NCBI GenBank assembly: GCA_965215015.1
Contig: OZ244042.1
Coordinates: 2,656,001 to 2,720,000 of the forward strand
Length of the DNA: 64,000 nt
From: Candidatus Poribacteria bacterium
GTDB taxonomy: Bacteria; Poribacteria; WGA-4E; PCPOR2b
Direction of reading: 5' to 3'
Part shown: piece by piece, positions 28,641 to 38,123 of the stretch
Numbering within the stretch: the first letter of the stretch is position 1
Layout of the letters: every line of letters starts with the position of its first letter
The notes under the pieces: model-generated
The model's database searches: none
What the model was told of the DNA's origin: nothing
Seen by the model: the letters and a program-made list of their open reading frames with translations, nothing else
Program-made: the position numbers and the translations under genes

Positions 28641-29570
28641 TCACGTCAGTTGTGACCACCCATCGTCCACTGCTTCAAAGCGGCGGTGCAATGCTTTAAC
28701 AGTCTCCGTGGGAATCGGTAGCTGTCGCGTTACCATCTCGATATTTGATAAAAGATGCGAGGGATTGTGAGTTCCTACGATAATCGTATCAACTTCCGGC
28801 TGGGCGAGTACAAATCCTAATGCCAGCAGGATGGGATTTTCAGGTGCTTGTGGCAGGGGTCCCATTCCCTCTATAATCTGTGCCCGCCGAAAGTATTCAT
28901 CCGCATACGGGTAAGGGCTATGCGCTTTGCCCCACGCGCCATTGGCAACAGGCCGTTTGATAATGACCCCCATCCCCTGCGCCTCCGCTAACTCGAACAG
29001 TCCTTTGGTACGAGCCCGCTGCTCGACAAGATTAAAGCTAGTTTGAAGTGTATCAAACAATCCACTTTCTACCGCCCAGCGGGCCGCCGCGTTATCTCCG
29101 CTGTAGCCGATGAAACGGGTTTTGCCCGCATCCCTTGCTTTCACGAGTGCTTCGATAACCCCGCTGTGTTCCAGTATATCCACATCACAGGAGTGGAGTT
29201 GGACCACGTCCAGGTAGTCTGTCTGCAGCCGCCGCAAACTACGATTAATACTTTCGGAGACCGCCGGCCCTGTCCACGATTTGTGTTCCGTCCACGGTAT
29301 ACCCCTATCTCCATCATCTGTGGTGTGGCCACACTTCGTCGCCAAGATGTATTCATCCCGCCGGTGAGCGACGGTCGCACCGATTACCTCCTCGGTTCTG
29401 CCATAACAGGCAGCAGTGTCGAGGAAATTGATGCCCCCATCGAGGGCAGCGTTGAGCACCCGGTCCGCCTCTGCAACGATCTTAGATCTCTCTTGGCGGG
29501 AAATCTCCGCGAGCCCCAGACCAAGGCGCGTGATTTTGAGACCTGTTTTGCCGAAATCTGTCGTTTCCAT
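28641..29570 (-). CDS. Aldo/keto reductase
   Basis: FLDTA.CYG, ATK, SL.RLQTDYLD..QLH. Confidence 0.92.
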   Translation of the reverse strand: METTDFGKTGLKITRLGLGLAEISRQERSKIVAEADRVLNAALDGGINFLDTAACYGRTEEVIGATVAHRRDEYILATKCGHTTDDGDRGIPWTEHKSWTGPAVSESINRSLRRLQTDYLDVVQLHSCDVDILEHSGVIEALVKARDAGKTRFIGYSGDNAAARWAVESGLFDTLQTSFNLVEQRARTKGLFELAEAQGMGVIIKRPVANGAWGKAHSPYPYADEYFRRAQIIEGMGPLPQAPENPILLALGFVLAQPEVDTIIVGTHNPSHLLSNIEMVTRQLPIPTETVKALHRRFEAVDDGWSQLT

Positions 29571-29597
29571 ATCTCCCTCCTTATATTGTGTGGAACT

Positions 29598-29625
29598 GTA
29601 GGGAACGCAGATCTGCGTTCCCTGC
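29598..29625. repeat. 28-bp GTAG-type REP palindrome, copy 2
   Basis: GTAGGGAACGCAGATCTGCGTTCCCTGC. Confidence 0.85.
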
Positions 29626-30578
29626 TAAAATCCCGATTGTTTATCGCACACGTAGAGGAACGGTTCACCTGCAAGAAATCGCCGGAGGTTCTCCTTAAAA
29701 ATCTGCCGTCGTCCCTCCCACATTTCAGCGGTCAAGGCTGAAGCGTGAGGCGATAGGATAACGTTGTCTATATCCCATAAGGGACTATCGGCGGGCAACG
29801 GCTCTATATCCATGACATCCAACCCGGCACCAGCGATGCGGCCGGAACGCAACCCATCTATCAACGCCTCCTCGTCCAAGATGCCCCCTCGTGAAATGGC
29901 TATGACGTGCGCCCCCGGCTTGAGCAGTTCAATTCGTCGCCGATCAATCAGTCCCTGTGTTTCTGACGTGAACGGTGCGGTGATGACAAACCAGTCGGAT
30001 ATCTGGAGTAATTCATCCAGTCTGTCAAGCCCCCAAACCGCTTTCACTTCGGGAGGCGTTGGCATTGACTGAACGTCAACGGCATAGACTTCCATATCGA
30101 AGCCGTAGCCTCGCCGTGCGACCGCCATACCAATACCGCCGAGCGCGAGGATGCCCAAAGTGCTTCCGGCGAGTTCTAAAACCCGTTCATCATATTTACT
30201 AGTATCCCAATGATGCGCTCTCTGGTCTTCCCACTGTTCACGCAGGCAGTGGGCAAAGGTTAATATCATACCAAACGCATGGTCGGCCATCGGATTGGCG
30301 TGCGGCCCCCGTGCGTTGGTCAAGATAACATCACTGTCTCTTACTTCAGGTATAGATACAATCCGATCAATACCGGTTCCCGGGCACTGAATCCACAGGA
30401 GCCTTTGAGCCGCGAGAAAAACCTCGCGTGACGGTTCACCACAATACACATCCGCATCCCGAATGAGTTCTACCTCCTCTTCTGGGGTTGCTGCTCGGTG
30501 AAAGGTTACGTCCGGAAAAGCGGTGCGAAGTTCGTCCACAAACTGATCTGTTGCTCGACCAGCCATTACAATTTTCAT
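29625..30578 (-). CDS. D-2-hydroxyacid dehydrogenase
   Basis: LGGIG, ISRG, GAGLDV..EPLP, SPH. Confidence 0.92.
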   Translation of the reverse strand: MKIVMAGRATDQFVDELRTAFPDVTFHRAATPEEEVELIRDADVYCGEPSREVFLAAQRLLWIQCPGTGIDRIVSIPEVRDSDVILTNARGPHANPMADHAFGMILTFAHCLREQWEDQRAHHWDTSKYDERVLELAGSTLGILALGGIGMAVARRGYGFDMEVYAVDVQSMPTPPEVKAVWGLDRLDELLQISDWFVITAPFTSETQGLIDRRRIELLKPGAHVIAISRGGILDEEALIDGLRSGRIAGAGLDVMDIEPLPADSPLWDIDNVILSPHASALTAEMWEGRRQIFKENLRRFLAGEPFLYVCDKQSGF

Positions 30579-30942
30579 CCGTTCTTACCTCTATTCTAAA
30601 AGATTTTGCGTTGAACATAGCTATTTCAACATTTCATATTAAGAGCGTTGTACGGCCTAACACTGGTAGGGAGTCAATTATCGATTTAATTTTTCGGAGA
30701 CATATTACTCGACTTTGCACCATATTCTAACACAAATTTTCGTTGTCTCAACATCAAAAAATGGAGATTAAGAGAAAATTAGGGCGGAGCCCAGATTCGG
30801 TTGAACCTGAGTGAAAGATTGGCGTCTTAAATCATATTCACCCTAACTCCTTTCTATTCTGTTTTGTGCAACGAAATTGAAGATAAATCATGGATGACAA
30901 TAGAAATTTCATCTCAAAACCCTGATATAAGGAGAAACTACA

Positions 30943-32049
30943 ATGCGTATCACTAGTGTAGATCCCTTTATTGTGAGAGCACCAACTGAAGGACGAGAAG
31001 GCCCTACAACAGGGGACTGGACTGTCGTCCTCGTCCATACAGACACAGGCTTAACCGGTATCGGGCGTGGCGGAAGTATCGAAATAATCTCCCAAGAACT
31101 AGCACCTGTGCTTGTCGGGCAGGATCCACGACGGATAGCACTGCTTTGGGAGCAGATGTACGAAACAGCATGGCGGTTCGGCGGCCCCGGTCGTGCCGCA
31201 ATGCCGTCCGTTGGGGCACTTGACGTTGCCCTGTGGGATATTTACGGGAAGGCTTGTGGTCAACCTGTGTGGCGACTCTTGGGTGGCTATCGGGACAAAG
31301 TTCGCGCTTACGCCGATGGCTCCGGGTACGTTGCAGAGGCAGATCAATCCTCTGAAGCAATAGCTGCTCTGGTCAAGAAGCACGCCGACCTCGGTTACGA
31401 TGCAATGAAAATACACATGTACGAAGCCAGAAGCCCAGAGGAAATTGTGGAGCGGGTGCGGTGTGCGCGGGAGCTAATTGGTATGGAAAAGAAGTTGATG
31501 GTAGATTTGCACCGTGCCTGGGAGGGAAAGACGGCGGTAGAAATCGCTCGGCAGCTTGAACCCTACAACCTCTACTGGATAGAGGAACCGGTGCGCAGCG
31601 ACGATGAGGCAACCTATCTGCGTATGGTGCAGGACGCAACCAGTGCCATTGTTGCCGGTGGTGAGAGCGAAGGAACCCTTTACGGCATCAGGCAATTCAT
31701 CACGGAAGGTGCCCTCCAACTGATACAAACGGATATCTTAATAGGAGGCGGTTTCACCGGATTGATGCGTATTGCGGCATTATGCCATGCGTATCACCTG
31801 CCCGTCGCCCCTCATGGCGCACAGTTTCCGGACATCAACTGCCATCTAGCCGCAGCAGTGCCTAATGGCTTAATCGTTTCCGCCTACCCTGACTGTGAAC
31901 CCAACGAGATCTGGTCGAAGCTGTATGATCCACCTTTTCAGATAGTTGACGGACACATCACCATGACCGAGCAGCCGGGACTGGGACTAACGCTAAACGA
32001 GGACTTCATCGATCGCTATCAACTCCGTACCTCGTCAGAAGCAAATTGA
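30943..32049 (+). CDS. Mandelate racemase subgroup enzyme (KxH variant)
   Basis: DVALWD, MKIH, VD, EEP, GE, QTD, APH, PGLG. Confidence 0.88.
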   Translation: MRITSVDPFIVRAPTEGREGPTTGDWTVVLVHTDTGLTGIGRGGSIEIISQELAPVLVGQDPRRIALLWEQMYETAWRFGGPGRAAMPSVGALDVALWDIYGKACGQPVWRLLGGYRDKVRAYADGSGYVAEADQSSEAIAALVKKHADLGYDAMKIHMYEARSPEEIVERVRCARELIGMEKKLMVDLHRAWEGKTAVEIARQLEPYNLYWIEEPVRSDDEATYLRMVQDATSAIVAGGESEGTLYGIRQFITEGALQLIQTDILIGGGFTGLMRIAALCHAYHLPVAPHGAQFPDINCHLAAAVPNGLIVSAYPDCEPNEIWSKLYDPPFQIVDGHITMTEQPGLGLTLNEDFIDRYQLRTSSEAN

Positions 32050-32113
32050 CGGGGTCATCGTAACAACCCAATTTTTGTGCCGATACAGATTTTTCCCCTT
32101 GATCACAGGGTAG

Positions 32114-32158
32114 AAACAAAAGAAGCCAAGCCACATCAATAATTCGACGCGACTTGGC
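32114..32158 (-). terminator. Intrinsic terminator (minus strand)
   Basis: GCCAAGTCGCGTCGA/TTGATGTGGCTTGGC 15-bp stem with G-U pairs valid only on the minus strand, followed by TTCTTTTGTTT. Confidence 0.7.
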
Positions 32159-32162
32159 ACTG

Positions 32163-32393
32163 GGTGATTTTCATCAACTTTATAGCACTAAACAAGGAGT
32201 AGTTGAAACTGCTTACTCTCAATTTAACAAATCTGTACGACTACAGTTTCATTAAATTTCAAGGGTTATTTCACCTGCTGCCTTAACACAGGTGATTTTC
32301 ATCAACTTTATGAGACTATACAAGGAGTGGTTAAATCTAGTTACGCTAATCTTAACGAATCTGTACAGCTATAGTTTCATCAATTTTTAAGAG
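32163..32393 (-). repeat. Tandem 103-bp repeat (period 128 bp, about 80% identical); candidate structured ncRNA pair
   Basis: 32163-32265 and 32291-32393 align without gaps. Confidence 0.8.
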
Positions 32394-32401
32394 ATGCTAC
32401 A

Positions 32402-32693
32402 TTGACGAACTCCCAAACCGAAAGGGTTGGGAGTCTTCACTATCCCTTTAGGAGTGGAACTGTGCACTCAACGAGGTCAGCCCACTTGTATTTACAACGG
32501 GACTTGAAACGGGGACGACCGCACTTTTTACCTTTATTAGGGGGAGGATTTATAACATTCATGTCTCCAACGTGAATATTAACAAATCTCACCTGCCTAA
32601 CAATCAGACAATTTCAACTGTTTTTTGACTGAATACCGTTTGCCAATCTGTATCCCCGTCTGAAAAGACGGGGTTTTAGATCGGAAGATTCTG
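32402..32693 (-). mobile_element. Miniature internally deleted IS200/IS605 element (~290 bp)
   Basis: Left hairpin CCCCGTCTTTTCAGACGGGG after TTAT; right hairpin CTCCCAACCCTTTCGGTTTGGGAG..GTCAA; residual TnpB-like peptide KKCGRPRFKSRCKYK. Confidence 0.75.
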
Positions 32694-32754
32694 ATAAGCA
32701 GCCCATCCGTTATCAAATCGTATTGCGAAACGCAAGCCCGCAGCAACCTTGCAA

Positions 32755-34032
32755 TTAATAGCTCGCCTGAAGCGTCAATGATGCAATATTGTGGGTATAA
32801 TTCAAGAAGTCAAAGATTTCATTATCCTCATTGGTATCGTTGCGCGTGAGTTGATAATCCGCAAGAATCGTCAAGACATTACTAACCTGCCAATTGATTT
32901 GGAAATTCAGACCGTATTGATTATCCTGTCGTTTCTCTGCGTTCTCACTGACGAAGCCATCGGCACCCCGTACCCGGCGCCCATCGAAGGTGATGCCCAA
33001 TCGCGACAACCGCAGCCGCGCCCAACTCTCACCGTTGATTTTGTAAAATGCTCCAACCGCCGCCTCAATCGTTGAAAAGTCGTAGAAACCGACATTTGAG
33101 TCACTCAGAAATAGATTTAACTCTTGTTGTAAGAGGATTCGACTCGCCGGAATTTGAATCAGTTTCGCCGACACGAAGTTTCGCAGATCGGTTCGAGATT
33201 CCCCTCGTTCAATCCCGGTGATACCCAACACAAGATTATTCAGATTGTCCTTATAATTTTCCCGTTCGAGCGAATACTCTAATTTCGCCAATAAAGCCTT
33301 GAGAACTCCCAACTGTATCTTTGCGCGTCCTTGATGCATTGTCGAACCTACAAGTAGGAAATCTTCACGTCGTGTTGTTTCATCATCAAAACGATTGATG
33401 TATAGGTTATATGCCAGCAGCCTGCCGAATCGAAAACTGATTTGGCGTTGGAGACCGTCAAACGCATCGTCTCTCCGATCCAATCGCTGCAGCTGATGCG
33501 ATACGCTCAAGGTCGGTAACTGCGCTGTCGGACGGAAACTGAGCTCGGTAGAAAAGAGATCGGTGAACGCATCGAATTCGTTGAGTTTCCCGTTTTCGCC
33601 GATATAGTTTTCCAATTGTGGATAATATTGTAAGGTGAGTCCGAAACGTTTCCCAAGCGGTAAAGTTCCTCGAAGGTTGACACCAGTACGGTTAATGACA
33701 CCTTCAAGTTGTGGGTCTTCACGGCTAGCAAGGCTACTTGTATTCGGATCAATGCTCAATCCAAATTCGACATGGTTGTTAAAGATATTGCTCACCTGAT
33801 AGTCAATAGTGAGATCAGATTCAAAGGCTGCCGGTGCTTCTGTCTGCTGTTGGAACAATTCCTGACCGTATTCCCGTCGGAGTTGAGCGGATGCGACCGA
33901 AACCTCAATCAGCAATAGGACGGCTGCCACGCATGTCCAGTGAACCCCGCCGAATGGAAATTGATGGAACCGTTGTTGCAATTTCTGTTCCCTTTCAAAA
34001 AAATAGGGGCACGGCTCCCAAAGTCGTTCCAT
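32755..34032 (-). CDS. Putative outer-membrane beta-barrel protein
   Basis: Signal-like segment ending ASA-Q, amphipathic strands, C-terminal LTLQASY. Confidence 0.7.
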   Translation of the reverse strand: MERLWEPCPYFFEREQKLQQRFHQFPFGGVHWTCVAAVLLLIEVSVASAQLRREYGQELFQQQTEAPAAFESDLTIDYQVSNIFNNHVEFGLSIDPNTSSLASREDPQLEGVINRTGVNLRGTLPLGKRFGLTLQYYPQLENYIGENGKLNEFDAFTDLFSTELSFRPTAQLPTLSVSHQLQRLDRRDDAFDGLQRQISFRFGRLLAYNLYINRFDDETTRREDFLLVGSTMHQGRAKIQLGVLKALLAKLEYSLERENYKDNLNNLVLGITGIERGESRTDLRNFVSAKLIQIPASRILLQQELNLFLSDSNVGFYDFSTIEAAVGAFYKINGESWARLRLSRLGITFDGRRVRGADGFVSENAEKRQDNQYGLNFQINWQVSNVLTILADYQLTRNDTNEDNEIFDFLNYTHNIASLTLQASY

Positions 34033-34052
34033 AGGATAGCGTGCCCCTATGA

Positions 34053-34728
34053 TTGAGATGCTCTCCGCCCTAAAGGACAGAGATTCCTTTGATTGCCCTT
34101 CAGCTGGAAATTGTGCTATCGGGCTTGTTAAGCAATGCCTAACTAGCTGCGAGATTAGCCAGCCGCAGATGGTCTGACAACCTCTCCTGCAAGGGTTGAG
34201 GCCCCAACCCTATAGATATTGACCGTCGCGTTGCGGTCCCTATCCAACTGTGTATCGCAGCTTAGACACTGCCATGTCTTGTGGTGCTTGCGAGCCAAAT
34301 CCAACCGCGCACGTTCGCGGTTGTTTGAACCTTTTCGCTTGGTGTTGTGCTTGCGACTTGATTGTTTGAGAGCGTTGAAACAACATAAAAAAAATAAAGA
34401 CGATTCTATATCGTGCCCGTTGGAACCCGTCAGATACCGTTTCAGACCCAAATCGAAGCCTGCGATGGGCCCGTCATGACTCGGTTAAGGTCTCCATCTA
34501 CATGGTCCGTTAGGATATAGACCTCGCCAATAGCATCCCGTTTGATAGTACAACGCTTGGAAGTGCTAAAAATATCACGGGACTTGAAATACGGATAGAT
34601 ACGCTTGCCAATACCAATCTTGTTACCGGGGAGAAGTAGCCAACCCCCTTGAAGCAACGTGAACGATTTATATTTACGGCGAGGCTTAAACGGGGGCTGC
34701 CCGATGCTTTGGTTTGGGAGTATGTCAA
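34053..34728 (-). mobile_element. tnpB: Decayed IS200/IS605 element with frameshifted tnpB
   Basis: Fragments PFKPRRKYKSFTL..GW, TIKRD..G.VYI, GFDLGLKRYL, WQC..C...DRD.NA..NI; right-end hairpin ending TCAA at 34053. Confidence 0.85.
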
Positions 34729-34964
34729 TAGATTATACAAGCTCCACCCGCACAGATGCTGCCCGCTTTTTTTGTGACATCTCCGGCAACTGTACTCGCT
34801 TCGCTTGCTTCAAAATCCGCAAGGATTTCCGCGGTTTCGTTTGCCGATGCAGACAACCCAATCTGCAATTGCCCGCTCGATGTAAAAGTTGGGACGCAGC
34901 CTGAGAGACTAATTAATCCCAAAAGTATAACTAAAACCGTACAACTCAACCAGAATCTTTTCAT
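34725..34964 (-). CDS. Small lipoprotein with Cys/Gly-rich C-terminus
   Basis: Lipobox LSGC, SD AGGAG, C-terminus AGSICAGGAC. Confidence 0.75.
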   Translation of the reverse strand: MKRFWLSCTVLVILLGLISLSGCVPTFTSSGQLQIGLSASANETAEILADFEASEASTVAGDVTKKAGSICAGGACIIY

Positions 34965-35019
34965 GATGTCGATCTCCTGTTACCTCAAATGTGAAACGGA
35001 TTCTTCCCTTCCTTCTCAA

Positions 35020-36189
35020 TTATACCTTCACCTCTTTATAATCCACCTCATCGAGATCGTTAGTGCCCAAATCCATTCTCGACGCTGAGCGGATATATTT
35101 CGACAATCGAGAGAGGGACGATAGATTAAGTTCCTTTCGTTTTTCCTCGATTGTTTGATAAACAATCTGATCTAATGCAACCGGATCTTGACTCACCAGG
35201 AGGCCGCCGTACTGCCACACCCCGTCGGGATCATACGTCGGGCCTCCATCGAACGCGGCGAGCAACCCATCGATGATGTTCAAAACAACCTTATCTTTGA
35301 GGACGGTATGCGCGAAGATATCAGCGATAGCAGGGTTACAGTTCAGTGGATTTGAGTGGAAGCGGTAGGTATTATCGACGCTGCCGAAGGCAAGGTTTTT
35401 CAGACAACCACTCACGCCAGCAATCCCATGATGCTTCATCACCGGAACATTAATAACCACTGTCAACTCTTTGGTGAGGAGGTTTGTATATCGGGAGCGG
35501 ATGCTGCCACTCTCGCGGCGCTCCACAACATCCTTTTCAGTTTCATAGAAGACTTCATCGTCGTAGCCAACTCCTTCACTATCCGATGCAAAGCAACGCA
35601 CCCCTCGACTGCTTTGATTAATCTCGTACCCTGCATCAATCAGATGCGATTCAAACCGATCCCATATAATAATCTGATTTGCGAGGACGCCCACCCCGTA
35701 CAACCCATCGATAATTTTATCAACGATAATCCGATGGGTGCTCAATCGCTTTCCGGCGAGTGGATTTATTTTTATTCCAACGATGTCGGTCGGCAAAATA
35801 AAATCCTTCCATGCCTCTTTCGCCGAATTAAGCCCAGTGAGCGTCATCATTGCGCGGTCGATCATTTCACTGACAATCTGCTCGTCAAGCCTTTCGCCAA
35901 CCCAAACCTTTTCGCTTCTGGCTTCGACAAGCGGCGTAAGTTGCTCTTCGACCACCTCTCCCGGAGCTCCACCGGGCTGACGCCGCAATTGAGCGATGGC
36001 GTTCTTGGTTGCTGAAGTTACGCCCCCCAACGCGAGTCCCAACCCAACAACGCCTTGAGATGCCTGACGCAGAAATCGGCGCCGACTCACCGGTTGTGGT
36101 AGGACTGTTTTTGTGCGCGAAATCTGGTCGCAATCCGCTTGAATTTGTGCAACTATAGGATCTGATGTGGGGAGGGGTCTATTTGTCAT
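35020..36189 (-). CDS. Tat-exported DUF362 family protein
   Basis: SRRRFL twin-arginine motif; VGIKIN, PVMKHH..AGVSGCLKN, DPVALD. Confidence 0.85.
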   Translation of the reverse strand: MTNRPLPTSDPIVAQIQADCDQISRTKTVLPQPVSRRRFLRQASQGVVGLGLALGGVTSATKNAIAQLRRQPGGAPGEVVEEQLTPLVEARSEKVWVGERLDEQIVSEMIDRAMMTLTGLNSAKEAWKDFILPTDIVGIKINPLAGKRLSTHRIIVDKIIDGLYGVGVLANQIIIWDRFESHLIDAGYEINQSSRGVRCFASDSEGVGYDDEVFYETEKDVVERRESGSIRSRYTNLLTKELTVVINVPVMKHHGIAGVSGCLKNLAFGSVDNTYRFHSNPLNCNPAIADIFAHTVLKDKVVLNIIDGLLAAFDGGPTYDPDGVWQYGGLLVSQDPVALDQIVYQTIEEKRKELNLSSLSRLSKYIRSASRMDLGTNDLDEVDYKEVKV

Positions 36190-36456
36190 TGAATGGATTC
36201 ACTGAGTTTACCAAATCGTATTTACAACCTTACTTTGAGTAATTGTCTATGAAATACCAGATGATTGTGTGCGCGTCAGCTACATTATTCAATTTCATCA
36301 ACTTGGCTAGCGAACTGGATCAGTTTTTCCAGAGTCCCCTTAGGTATTAAGACACGATTTTCGGAGACACTTTCAAATTGAACACTTAACAACATTGTTT
36401 GCTTCTCGCCTTAAAAACTCGACAATAACCGTTTACGTTATCTGCACTTTGACTGT

Positions 36457-37461
36457 TTACAAACCTTTCAACTCCGCAACAATCCTGTCGCCCTTTAGCC
36501 GATTCCCAACGCGAACATCAAGGAATTTCCAGCGGATAACCCCGTTTTCATCGATGATGTAGGTCGTGGGGCGTGCGATTCGAGGATTTAGCGGATCCCT
36601 CGCGTTGTACGCATCAATTGTTTTCAGCTCCGGGTCTCCAAGCAGGGGAAATTCAATTTCAACATTATCCTGCCGTTTGACCTTCTCAATTGATTCCTTT
36701 GCCTGTGCTGGATTATCTACACTGATCGCGAGAAGTTCAGCACCTGCCGCTTGAATCGCTTCGTAATCTGGCTGCAACTCACCGAGTTGCCCAATGCAGA
36801 ATGGTCACCAGCTCCCTCGATAAAAAATCAACACAACCTTTTTCTTAGCTGCGTAATCTGCGAGGGCTATTTTTTTTCCATCTTTATCAGGTAAGCTGAA
36901 GTCCGGAGCTTTCACGCCGACTGCCAATCCATCGCCTTCTGGAAGTTGTGCAGGTTCGAGAGGGATAAGCTCGACCTCCAATTTTACTGTTTCGCCGACT
37001 AGAATGGGGTCAACAGTGAACTCCTGTTTCTCGTATTCATCAGAATCAATGGCGATCGTGAGTTGCTGGTCCGTGGTAACGCCTTCAAACTCAAAAACGC
37101 CCGATGTAGCCGTTGGTGTTTCCAAGACAACCCCTGCTTCATCGGTCAGTTGAACGCGTACATCGATGAGAGGAGTTTTCGTTACCTGATCCAATACGAG
37201 TCCGCGAATAGTCGCCGATACGTCCTCAACTTCTTCAACCTCAACTTCTTCAACCACCTCTTTCGGCACGTCTTTCGGGCTCTCGGTTGGAGGAACGGGA
37301 TCTGGTTCGTCGGTTGATACATCTGGTGCCACGGCTGGTACCACGGCTGTATCCGGCTCCACAATAGATTCCTCATCGCTGCCACAACCAAACAATAACA
37401 TGCAGGCAGACGCCAAAACTATCAGTAATTGAATTTTAGTTAATCTATCTCTTATAACCAT
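36457..37461 (-). CDS. Selenocysteine-containing peroxiredoxin-like (AhpC/TSA) lipoprotein with carboxypeptidase-regulatory-like domain, 334 aa
   Basis: ORFs 36805-37461 and 36457-36777 are in frame across TGA 36805-36807, giving FYRGSW-U-PFCIGQLGEL; lipobox LFGC; SECIS-like hairpin. Confidence 0.85.
36774..36790 (-). promoter_or_regulatory. Bacterial SECIS-like hairpin
   Basis: GCAACTC-GGT-GAGTTGC starting 14 nt after the in-frame UGA. Confidence 0.75.
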
Positions 37462-38018
37462 TTTTCCAACTCGCTTTCGTAGATTGCCTTATCTTCTTGT
37501 GCACCGCTAAATACCTTTACAATTTCTCCGTTACGATTGATGAGATACGCGGATGGTAGTACCGGCACCTGGTATCTTTGAATAGTTTCGGACTCTGCCA
37601 GAAGAATCGGGTAGTTGATGTCAAACCCTCTTTTGCTGAGATCCTGAAAAAAAAGTTCAATATTTTCTAGCCGTCCATCCACATCATCCGCTGAAATACC
37701 AATCATCTCAAATCCTTGCCCTCGATATTCGTCGTAGAGTTCTATGAAGCGTGGAATCTCCTCTTGGCACGGTTTACACCATGTCGCCCAAAAATCAACG
37801 ATGACAACTTTGCCCTGATAATCCGAGAGGCTTACTTCCTCCAGTTCTGTGTTGAGCAGCGTGAAGAGCGGGGCAGGCTGAAACGATGGATCTCCATTTA
37901 CATCACCAGTATTTGTCATTTTGTCACTTGTATCATTGTCACTTGTATCATCCGAACAACCCAGAAATGGTAGCAAGCAGAGGATGAGACTAAATAGGCA
38001 AAACAATTTCCAATACAT
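37452..38018 (-). CDS. TlpA-family thiol-disulfide oxidoreductase lipoprotein
   Basis: DFWATWCKPC, cis-Pro LPSAYLI, lipobox FLGC. Confidence 0.92.
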   Translation of the reverse strand: MYWKLFCLFSLILCLLPFLGCSDDTSDNDTSDKMTNTGDVNGDPSFQPAPLFTLLNTELEEVSLSDYQGKVVIVDFWATWCKPCQEEIPRFIELYDEYRGQGFEMIGISADDVDGRLENIELFFQDLSKRGFDINYPILLAESETIQRYQVPVLPSAYLINRNGEIVKVFSGAQEDKAIYESELEKWL

Positions 38019-38123
38019 ATATGCCTCCTGAGATTCAAGGAAATGGGTGTTGCTGTTAAGACTACTTTCAGCACAGTTTAGTCAGATTTTGAACATGGAC
38101 ATTGCACCATATCGGGCAAAAAT

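Noticed and set aside
32163-32393. DGR template/variable repeat pair or CRISPR array
   Set aside because: Mismatches are not adenine-specific on either strand, there is no reverse transcriptase in the window, and there are only two long units with no repeat-spacer pattern
34725-34727. Second selenocysteine codon in the small lipoprotein
   Set aside because: The TGA is part of an IS right-end TCAA and the downstream sequence is IS-derived
36457-36777. Separate 106-aa redoxin gene
   Set aside because: It lacks its own active site and is the in-frame continuation after the Sec codon
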